A stretch of 64,000 nucleotides of DNA from Lepidodermella squamata (lineage: Eukaryota > Animalia > Gastrotricha), in the NCBI GenBank assembly GCA_047495785.1, contig JBLDXI010000015.1, positions 4,588,001 to 4,652,000 of the forward strand, written 5' to 3'. Position 1 is the first letter of the stretch. Each line of letters opens with the position of its first letter. Below are positions 1 through 11,100 of this stretch, one piece after another. The notes under the pieces were generated by a model. That model made no database searches and was not told the origin of the DNA. It saw only the letters and a program-made list of their open reading frames with translations. A program made the translations under genes and the position numbers.

Positions 1-790
1 GGAGGTTCCGAAGAAGGAATTTCTGCCGATACTGAAACGATATTTCGATTTAAACATGTTCAAACAATGGCCATTTGTTTGCGTAATTGCATCGGCTGGA
101 CTTGCCATCGTCGGTAAGAATAAGATAACCCGGCAACTTAGCTAATTAATGCTATTCCAATATATTCTAGGGTACTTTGTTCCGACTCTTCTCCTACCTG
201 GTCACGCGAAAGATCCTAAGAATGGAGTTCACAAATTTGTCGCGCCATATATAATGAGCATTTTCGGCATAATGAATCTCATAGGGCGAATAGTCTTGGG
301 CAAAGTCGGAGATCTGGGCAACCGCTACGCCATATTTACGCCATACAGCTTGTACAACGCATCACTGATACTAGGAGCGATATGTTTTCTTGTTCTGCCG
401 CATGTTATGTTTCTCGGAACGATTTCTTTCGTCACTTTCGCTGTACTTTACGGCTTCTCATGTGCACCGATTATCATCATGCGATCACTTCTAACAACGA
501 CTTTATTTGGGAAAAAGAACGCAAGCGCTTCGTATGGCTGGTTTTTGTGTGCACAAGGCGGCTTGCAGATGTTCGGCTACGTCTTACCAGGTGGGTGGAT
601 TTATTAGAGTTTTGTTTGAATTTATTAAAACTTCTCTACAGCCTTGCTGGAAGAAAAGCTTGGGTCGTCTTGGGCTTACTCTTTTGCTGCTCTCATGTTC
701 CTGCTCTCATCACTTGCCTGTAGCTCTACTTTCAAACCATATTTCGAAGCAAGGAGAAAGCAACTGGAGGAAATGAAAACGAAAAGCTAG
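1..790 (+). CDS. MFS monocarboxylate-transporter-like protein, 3' part (3 exons visible)
   Basis: Exons ~1-112, 171-590 and 642-790 join via GT-AG into a multi-TM protein with SLC16-like motifs (YFDLNMFKQWPF, GYFVP, NLIGRIVLGKVGD, LFGKKNASASYG); stop TAG at 788-790. Confidence 0.75.
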
Positions 791-2090
791 CAATTAACTT
801 AGCATAGGCATCGCTATGTGATGAAATTTTAACCAAAATGCGAGGTTTCGCCTGTTCACGTTTTTACTACATAATTTGTTGTCTCGTGTTCGTCATCCTT
901 CTGCTTAATATTTTACTAAACAAAAGTACTTCGTAAAAGCTAATGAAGAAGCTGAATGCTAAACATTAGAGTTTTGGAGGAATGTGATGCAAGAAGCATC
1001 TGGTTTGAAAAGGCTCCAAAAGCATCCATTGCCTATTTCGATTTCGATAAGGGGGAATGATGGTTCACTCTGAAAAATTACAGGACTTTTCCAACATAAT
1101 AACACGCTTTTTCGGTAAAGAGGCAATCTCTGTGCTGCGTACCGCTGCTCAGGCAACAAAACTTTCCCATGGCATATCGCTGATAGCAAGGCTCGTCAAA
1201 AATCATCGCATTTTTTGGTAGATTGGTTGAATCACTATGGAATGACTGAAAAATGTCCAAGGTCCAAGTTGAACGGTTTGTCGCATATTTTCGGTGGCAA
1301 TTTTTCTTGAATTTAATCTTCATCTGCAATGTCATCTTCATTCACAAATGAGCTTTACATCTCGTTCCAGCCCTTTCAAAGTCGCATAGCTTCTCACATC
1401 ACTGCACATCACAGCACAGCACAGCAGTAATTAAGCAATCGTGTATGGTACGGAATACAAGAACACTTTTCCGGTACGAATTACCGTATGAATCGAGGTT
1501 CCGAAGGTCACTGAGTGGTCGCTCGGCTGAGTTCTCCCTTAGTTATTGCATGCCATCAAAAAACTAAATTTTTCAGCATCAAAATGTCGAATTAATTGTT
1601 AAAACTTGTTCGAATACTTAAAAATTAGAATTCTGCATGTCCTTGAAGTGACGTCTTTTTCTCGTTTTACCGCGGATTTCTGTTCTTGGAAAAGTTTCGA
1701 TTTTGCGCCCCTTGGAGGTGGTGCGGTGTTTGCAGGTTTCAGGTAGCAGCGAAGGGTAAACTGTTGACTTTTTTCAATTATTGAACATCTTGAGTATTCA
1801 GTAACGTACATATACAGTCGACTATCGACTTCGCTAATGTTTGTCTTACTCCGTCGGAACTTATTATTTTCTGTTTTATGAGCACAATTCTGGTTCGTAA
1901 GCCCAGGCTCTATCATGATTCCATGAAGTAGTTGTGTGATGAAGATGTGAGATCTAGCTTGGACACAAATAGCCCAGTTGAACGTCTTGATCATAAATCC
2001 GCACATAATCCTTTTTATATTGCATAGTTGCGAGTGGCTACTTGTCTTGGGGCAGTTTTTCATTCTCTCTTCTCTCATAGAGGTTTAACC

Positions 2091-3224
2091 ATGTCTCATC
2101 CTCACCTGGACGGCATTGATGGCATCCTTCTCGGAATAGCGAAAGAACAATGCGAAGGTGATATAAAAGTTTTTCTCGATATCGTATTCGGCTTTCTCGG
2201 CAGGAAAACTGATTTCTACACCGGAGCTGACAAAGCAACGGCGGAGAAAGTTGTGCGCGATTGCTTTGAAAAGAATAGAAAGCTTGCTGTCGAGTTTCAC
2301 AAAAAAGATATGGAAGAGCGCGAGGAAGCTGAGAAGCGGCGTCAAGAACGTCGTAAACAACAGGAAACCCTAAATGGCAATAACAAGAGCAATACGATTT
2401 CTTCTGCTCCTGAACCTGCCAAAATCGTTGAGATTACTGACGAAGAGGCAGAGCGCATTGAAAAGGAAAATCGTAAAGTGAGTTTACTACTATTTTAATT
2501 TGAAACTGAACTTTGAAGTTACTGGGTGCATTTTCTTCAAATCAGAAACGAGGCGAGAAAGTGGACGATGAGCCCTCGAAGAACGGAGGCGCTGACGCCC
2601 CAGTTGTAAAACCCGATGAAGAAGAAGACGAAGCCGACAAGGGTAAATTGAAACCTAACGCTGGGAACGGCGCTGATCTTCCTCATTATTCATGGATGCA
2701 AACCCTCGGCGAAGTAGACGTATGTTTCGAGATAATAATCATAATCCACTTTTTCGCGAAAACTGTTGCGCTTAATTCAGATTCGCGTGCCTTTCCCTAT
2801 CAAAATTAAATCGCGAGACGTCGTCGTAGATATTCAAAAGAAGCACCTGAAAATTGGTCTGCGTGGACAGCCGCCAATTGTAGACGGTGAGCTGTATAAT
2901 ACAGTCAAGCTTGAAGAATCATCTTGGCTTATCGAGGAAAACCAGATTCTCTGCCTAACGCTGGAAAAGATTAATAAAATGGAATGGTGGAGTCGTGTTA
3001 TCACTACAGACCCCGAAATCAACACAAAGAAAGTTACCCCCGAAAATTCCAAGCTATCTGATTTAGACGGGGAAACTCGCGGCATTGTGGAAAAGATGAT
3101 GTACGATCAGCGACAGAAAGAACTTGGATTGCCGACCTCAGAAGATCAGAAAAAGCAAGATATTCTCGGCAAATTCATGCAAGCTCACCCAGAAATGGAC
3201 TTCTCCAAGTGCAAGTTTAACTAA
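2091..3224 (+). CDS. nudC: Nuclear migration protein NudC
   Basis: Exons 2091-2477, 2546-2719 and 2781-3224. N-terminal [33 protein letters not shown], a CS domain and the C-terminal MMYDQRQK...[16 protein letters not shown]. Confidence 0.96.
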
Positions 3225-3491
3225 ACAACGACGCCTATGGAACTCTAAGTCGAAATGTGAAAAATTTGCTCTGTATAGCTCTCTAATAATGCGATTGGCT
3301 TGACAATATCATGAGCTTTGTCATCAGTGATTTGAAAAATTAAGCAGTGTGATCACGTATTCTTGACATAATTATGTTTACAGTTTACTTACACGCTCAG
3401 TGATATGTACATTATACAAAATCATACATTTCATTTTGCATTGACTCTTGTTCTTTTTCACCTTTGTAGCCGTTAATTAATATTATATACG

Positions 3492-4667
3492 ATGCAATCC
3501 GGCATTCGGGCTTTGGTTTCCCTGGCCAATAAGGCTGGCCAGGCCTCCGCAGGCAGACGCTACCTCTCTGTTCTGGGCAGCGCTCGGTTGGGCAAGCAAA
3601 TCACCATTCGCGATGCCATCAACGCCGCAATTGACGAAGAAATGGCTCGTGACGAGCGCGTTATCCTCATGGGCGAAGAAGTAGGCCAATACGATGGTGC
3701 TTACAAGATTTCGAGAGGATTGCTGAAAAAATACGGTGATACTCGTGTTTTGGACACCCCCATTACTGAGATGGGCTTCGGTGGTATTGCGGTTGGAGCT
3801 GCGATGGCCGGATTGCGCCCGATTTGCGAGTTTATGACATTCAACTTCGCGATGCAAGCAATCGATCACATTATTAACTCCGCTGCGAAAACGTAAGATT
3901 GTGTCACTGATAACTTGATTTTTTCTAATTTGAAGCTGCCAACTAGTTATTATATGTCTTCTGGTGATGTCCCGGTACCAATCGTGTTCCGCGGACCTAA
4001 CGGAGCTGCCGCGGGAGTAGCCGCTCAGCATTCGCAGTGTTTTGCTGCCTGGTACGGTCACTGCCCAGGGCTGAAAGTCGTCTCACCTTACAGCCCCGAG
4101 GATCATCGTGGTCTACTGAAAGCTGCCATTCGTGATAACGACCCTGTTGTGTTTTTGGAGAACGAAATTCTATACGGTACGCCTATGGATATTAGCGACG
4201 AGGCGTTGAAGGACGATTTCGTTCTGCCATTTGGCATCTCTAAGGTTGAACGAGAGGGAAAGCACATTACCCTGGTTTCACACACCCGATATGTCGGTGT
4301 TTGCCTTGAAGCCGCTCGCTTACTCGCTGAGCGTCACGGAATTTCGGCCGAAGTCATCAACCTCCGTTCGATTCGTCCTCTCGACACGAACAACGCCATC
4401 GGCAAGAGTGTTCAGAAAACCAATCACCTAATCACCGTCGAGGGTGGCTGGCCGACTGCGGGTATTGGCGCGGAGGTCGCTGCCCGAGTTGCCGAAACTG
4501 GCACGTTCGCCTACCTGGACGCGCCCGTAGTTCGCATTTGCGGCGCGGATGTGCCAATGCCTTATTCGAAGCCATTGGAGGATAAATGCCTACCGACTGT
4601 TGACGACGTGGTCGGCGCTGTCAGACGGTTGATTACTCCGGCGCGTATCGCTGCAACCGGCAACTGA
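3492..4667 (+). CDS. PDHB: Pyruvate dehydrogenase E1 beta subunit, mitochondrial
   Basis: Exons 3492-3892 and 3947-4667. Presequence followed by [46 protein letters not shown] and ADVPMPY. Confidence 0.98.
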
Positions 4668-5115
4668 GATTTGACGTAGAAAGAACTTGAAATATTTTGT
4701 CTGGCCTCCTTGATAATAACGGCATGTTGTGTCACGCTAAAAGACCCGAGTTTTATTTTTATTTTGACTTGCTCGCGTCACAAACGCCGTCGCTAAGCAC
4801 CGCCATTTATAGGTAACACAAGATCAGCATCTTTCAAAACTATAGTAGCCCACGTAGAGAAAAATGCTTGTTGTTGTCCCAACGCTTTTTGTACCTCCCG
4901 GTAAACCTATCTTCTGTTCTGCCGACCTATCAAAATCACGACTGGAATTGTAAACATTGGCTTAGCCAATTATTTCTTCCTCTAGTTATAACTAAATGTA
5001 AGACCATTGTTGTCGTATAAATCTCTCTTGTCCATTCGGTGATTGATTGGCGTTAAGAGCGTTTAATAAATCGAATGAATTGCCATTTTATGTGTTATTA
5101 GTCATTACTTGAAAA

Positions 5116-8100
5116 ATGTTACCGGCGGCCGCCGCTCAGCCGGATTACGAATTGGATGATTTCACCGCGGTGTCTGAATGGGAACGCTTCACCGCCAATG
5201 TCGAAGAGTGCCTTCGAGAATGGGCACCGACCCCAGCCACCGCTGCTACTACCCTTTATTCGCCATCAGTCACAGCCAGCACTCAGCAACAGCTCATATC
5301 ATCCTGGCCAAATTGGCTGGTAAGAGCTTGTGATTTGGGATCAGTTGGTGGGCAGCGATTCGAGCTAGTGAGGCATTGGCATGAGTCAACTGTTTCAGAT
5401 CGGAATTTAACGCCGTCTTCAAGTTCAGGCTCGAATTCATCCCACAACTCAGTTACAGCTGATGGAAACGTTTTCCTCGACTTGTTGGACTCCCGGTCCG
5501 ATTTTGACGCAACTTCCAACCCAGACCCATATAAATTATTCGGCTTTCGCGATTTCGCTATTCTCAGAGTGCGGCAAAGCACGAACTCAGCGTCTTCCCC
5601 AACGCTACTAGCAATTAATCTAACGAATATTTTACTGAGTTCATTGTCAAGCGCTGCAACTTCAGCGTCATGTGCCCTTCCTATGCTGCTTGAGCTGCCT
5701 TCGTCGCAAAGTGGCTCTCTCGGCCGGGTGGGTTACACCGGTATTTCGGTATCTCGTGTCGCGATTGTTGATTTGAACGCGTCGCTATTCAACGCACCCT
5801 CCCGCCCGCCTGCTCATCTATCGACACAAGCGACCGGCCATTTGTGCTACTGGATAGCTGTGATGCGCAATCATTTGCGATGTCCCTTGTGGCCGCAACC
5901 GCCTTTACAGTTGTCTGTCAGATATTCGTATTACATCAGGGTCGCGTTCCCTGTTTTTGACTTCATGACACCGACGGGGCCTTATGGTGACGATGAGGAT
6001 GACGGCAGTTTGTACAGTGAGGAACTCATTGATAGCGAAGACGATTATGAGGATGGTTTTCTACACTCCCGGGAAAATCAACGCCGCCGAGTTCGCCGAC
6101 GTCGATCGTCGGGCGCTTCGATAACTGGAGAGACGATTTCCGCGAATTTCACGCGGCTACCCTTTGGAATTTACGAGCCGGGCGAAGCTGCTCTAGAAAT
6201 AGCACTAACCTGGCCGACCCTGGACGATTCGCATTTCACTGATTCGCCGGTGGTATCTTCGACAAGCTCTAGTCTTGATTTAATGAGCGGTGTCTCGTCA
6301 TGTCGTGGTTGCATGCTGGACCCTTCGACAGCTATCGACTGGGCTGCTAAACTGTGGCTGGAACGGCAAGATTCGATTACAAACAAGCAGAATGCCCTGT
6401 CGAGATGCATGCTAACGGATGTAATTTCAGGTAAATTGGATATGAGCCTTGTTGAAAATTAATCGAGTACTCGAGTACCAGAAAATGCCAAAAATGCTCG
6501 ACAAGCTCAATAAATAAGCAAAAAAACCTACAAATGTTAGAAAACATGTCATCCTGTTTGCAAATAGGCAGCTAGTAAATGTTGTAGATGGAAAATGAGT
6601 TGAAAGGCTTTTAGGGTGGAATTTTAGATGAAGCAAAGCATGGTGAAAATTTAGTTAGCCGTGAGCTCATGCAAAGAAGCGCTCATAAGCTTGATTTCAG
6701 ACTTGAGAAATTCTATAGCCATTACCTGATAATGTCGACCCTTTCTGATGAATCTGATAAAAACACAAAGCTCATTTTCAATCTCACATTCTCCTTTAAT
6801 ATCTCCTTAATATTCTCATCGTCAATTCGTCAGAGGCGCCGGGCCGCCCCCCGCGTATGGTACGCCGGGCCATCTACTTCAGGCATCGCATCGGGCATCC
6901 TCCTGCTGGGATACCGCACAACTATAGGTGTCGCCGTCGTGCTGTCGGTGCTACCGGTGTTGTTTAGAAGCCCCAGCTCCACAGCATCGTCGTTGCTAGC
7001 CTGGCGATCGCGATCGCGATAGCGCGAAATTATATGATACGCGCCGGAGGCAGCCGCCGTGAAGGCTACCCCGGCAAGCACACCGGCTAAAAATTGTTCC
7101 ATTAAAAACAATAAAACCTATTCAATTAAGTAATGGAATTATTAGCCATGTTTTTATTTTTAGCAAGGCTCGCGGGATGCTGCTTACTTTAGGGAACAGC
7201 CCAAGCGAGGAAAAAAATAACTTTCTTTACCTGGCTGGAGGCCACTAGAATTTAAATACTGGAAATTTACCTCTTGGCCTCGGCGTTCCAGGTAACATTT
7301 CTGGCGTTCGAAGGCGCTGTTATAGAAAGAATCGAGGCCGCAGCGCTAGCGCAGCTCCACATACAAATCCGGCAAAAATGTCTATTATACTATGAAATTA
7401 ACCTCTGAATTAGTTAAATATATCTCGAGCTTCCATCCCAACTTCTACACCTATAGGTATGAGTTGAGCGAAATTGAAATCGAAAGTGATTAGCTGGCAC
7501 TAAGAAGAGAATGCTGCTAGCTGTAGAGGAGCAACAAAAATTGGCCATCGAAATGTTCAGAAATTGAGAAAATAAGCATTCGACTCAGCAAATAATTTGA
7601 AGTATCAAGCTTGATCCGAGATCTATCCACGCCGCAATAGCCGCGACGATTTCATCAAATAAACATTAAATAATAAAACCTATTCGAAGAAAAAATGAAA
7701 TTATTAGCCATGTTGAAATTTGTTAGCAAGACCCGCGGGATGCTGCCAAGTTTAGGGAAAAGCCCAAGCGAGTGTGAATGCAAATTATTCCTTTACCTGG
7801 CCAAAGGCCAAGCGATGATCAAACCACTAGAAATTTACCTCTTGGCCACGAAAGCCACACAGTTTACTACGCGTTGAGTTTGATCAGCTTTAAACTAGCC
7901 GAATCAAATAGTAGAGTCTGTTAAATCTCCAGTTTTCCCAATAAATGTCAACCCCAAAAATTGATACGAAAAAACTCGGAAAATGAATCTGCGGGTAACA
8001 TAGATAGATAGATGCCAATTGGCTTACCAGTAAACAAACAAGTATTGCTCAATCGTCTCGAGTCCATGTAGAGCGCGCATCAATATACCAATGATGATAA

Positions 8101-11100
8101 TAACACCAAATTGATCCAACATGCTCAAATCAGACATTTTTTCTGCTCCAAATTAACAAGAGCTAGCCGCGCCAATTTAAAGCCAAAGCATTTAAAAAAG
8201 CATTAAAAGCGGGCTTTATAGCTTTATAGTAGATGAATAAGCAGTTGACTGACTTTAAACATCGCCAGATATTGTACGTATAATTAAATTAAATTAAATT
8301 GGAATTCAACTACGCCAAAAAGTATAGTTGAATGGTGATAGAATTAATGCATAAGTAAAGCATGTTAGCAATTTTAAAACGCTACATTTTCATTGAAACT
8401 GATGGAAAAAAGATGAAAAAGCGATGCATTCTAACCCTGAAACCACCTGTAGCCGGCAGATTCATGACGTTGATGGTGCATGTTGAAGTGATTTTGCGTG
8501 TTGTTGCATGCTGCGAGTGGATGTTCGGATGCCTGAAGTAAAACAAAAAAAACAAGTAAATCACGCCGCATTTTTTTTAATCTCAAGCTAGTCGCGATCG
8601 CTTTGTCAGCGCATTCATTTCGGCGCTGACTTGGCGCCTGTTTTCGCCCTCGTGTTGGCAGCGGGAGGCGGGATCGGTTTGATGGCGGCTTGGGGATTGG
8701 GGGGAACTTGTTGTTCGCCGCCCCTCGCACCACCTCCGGCTCCTCCGTTCCTTCGCTCGGGCTCCTGCTCCTCCGTTCCTTCGCTCGGGCTCCTGTTCCT
8801 CTTCGCCTTCCTCGTCGTCATCGTCGTTGTTGTCACCGCCAGCTTGCTGGGCGCCGATTGTGGTGGTATCAGCGGCCGCATTGGTGACGCTAAGCAGCGG
8901 TATCGCCGATTCATTAAGTTCGCTAAATCTTGTTGCGGCAAGATCGGCAACCACACCGGCGCTCGCTCGCACGCCCTCGGCCACGATATGGAGCAAATCG
9001 GCGCGAAGGGCGGCCGCGCGAGCTTTGCGAGCAAAGCACCACCTTGCCAGCCGGATGACCTGGCCGGCAAAGGTGATGATAGCGAATAAGAGCGAGGCGT
9101 AAACTGCCGCCTTTTGAGAATCTAAGCCGATGGCATCTCCTATGAATCAGAGATGATAGAATGTAAATGTCGTATGTAAAGTTGATAATCATTTAATGTT
9201 GATAATACATAGCAAGATGTCATGTAATGTTGATAATACATATGTATTCTTGATAAAACATGTCAAATGGCCATTTATTATGCGAACTACATGATCATTG
9301 TCATTTATTATTGATAAAAAATATCAAATCAGCATCTAATGACCATGGAAAGTGGATAATTGTATTATTCACAGTTAAGATTGTCACAACTCTTTCCGGG
9401 GTGGCACCTGCTGTTGCAGATAAGCTCATTCTTCCGACAGCGGCAGTTGGCACCCCTGCCGCTGATCTTGCAACCAGTGCGACAATTGCAGTGGACGTGT
9501 CCTTGAGCCTTGGCGTGTCCTTGAGGATGGCGGGCGCGGCCGTTAATTATCACCAGGCCTTCCCATAGGACAGCTAATTCTGAGATGACAGCGTTCACAA
9601 ACTCACGCCCTCGATCGCTGTGAAGAATAACTGGAGCACCGAAAATGCAGAACACGTCAACCAATTCGTGGGCGACGCAGTTAGCCGATTTCGCTTTTAT
9701 TGCTCGTAGGATCAGGAACTTCGAGAAGTGGTCCTGATAAACGAGGACCCATCTCATGCCATTGTATGATACCGATTGATAATCCATCAAATCGACCTGG
9801 GCCCGGTCCCAGCAATTGTTACTTACGATCGGCTTAACGACATTGGCTCGAACCACTGGCAGACGCTTTTTTGCGCAAATGTCGCACTTTCCCACATACC
9901 ATTGTACCTGTTCCTGCGTAACATTGTACCATGAGTTGTGGCAGGCTGTCCAAATGGCGTTGATGCCACAGTGACCCAGGTCGATGTGAGTGGCGTGAAT
10001 CGCGTCGAAAACTTCTCCCAAACTTCCAACGAACACCTTCTTGGAAGTTGAATCCTGCCGTTTCAAAATGAGCCGTTCGCGTCCTCCTAGAGTTATCACC
10101 TCGTACTTCTTTACCAACCTGAATTGAACAATTGAGTAAAATTTTTAGGTAAAAGGTTTCGAAGGGAAATTACCTGTAATCACGCGGTTTTCTTGAGGAT
10201 TTCTCCGCTGCCACTTTGACTTGAGCAGCCAGCTCAGCTAGGCTTTCTTCGGAGTGGGCCTTGCTATTTTGCGTAGCCCCTTTCTCCGTAAAATGCTCAA
10301 TGAAGCAGACTTTTAAAACAACAGTCCCCAAAACAGACTTGACTGAGATGGTGACATCTTCTTCATTTTCATTTGAGCTAGAAGCCATGTTTTCAAGGGT
10401 TGAAATGTTCAAATGTGAAAATGATCTCATTCCATCTCCATGAGACCACTGACACGCGTCCAGATCAAACACGCGACCACTACAGCACCTGTTACCTACT
10501 TTACATGGCGTATTGTTACTGATTTTTTATGTTTTATCAAGAATAAATGAGACTTTTCATGTATTATCCACATTAGATAGCCATTTGACATGTTTTATCA
10601 AGAATACATATGTATTATCAACATTACATGAAATCTTGCTATGTATTATCAACATTACATGATTATCAACTTTACATACGACATAAACAAAACAATGGAG
10701 AGCAATGAATATACTGAGAAAAGCCTCCAACTTTGCCTCGTCCCGGCCGCAGTTGGTCGGGCAGCACGGGGCGGGGTGGGAAGCAGCCGAAGGAGGAGGA
10801 GCAGCAGCAGCAACAGGCGGGGCGGCTGGGCACAAGTTGCATGGCCCGCGAGCCCCTCGACATGCGGCCTCGGACGCGGCTGGAAAAAAATTAGCAATAA
10901 AAAAGCAGCAAACAAACAAACAAGAGTAAATTACTTGTATGTTCGTTGCCGGAAGGCCATCATGCATCGATAGTCTTGCGGGAAACAAGTTCTTGTTGTT
11001 TCCCGCATTGGATATGCTAACTAAACAACGCAAGTGAAGTTTTCAGGCTATTTCGATCATTTTTGGGCGAGAATTGAATGGAAAACGGGGAGCGTTTGCC

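Larger units (their letters stand above)
8615..10967 (-). pseudogene. Disrupted orphan type-I membrane protein gene, antisense in the RAB3GAP1 intron
   Basis: Removing the Ginger element restores a short GT-AG intron joining signal peptide/Cys-Pro-rich ...CGRDEAKLEAFL-R-DAIGLDSQKAAVYASLLFAIITFAGQVIRLARW (TM) and an acidic tail. A 28-bp duplication (8739-8794) frameshifts the C-terminus. Confidence 0.5.

Noticed and set aside
959-2078. Minus-strand ORFs between the MCT gene and nudC
   Set aside because: No recognisable domain, no consistent spliced model and several stops between frames.
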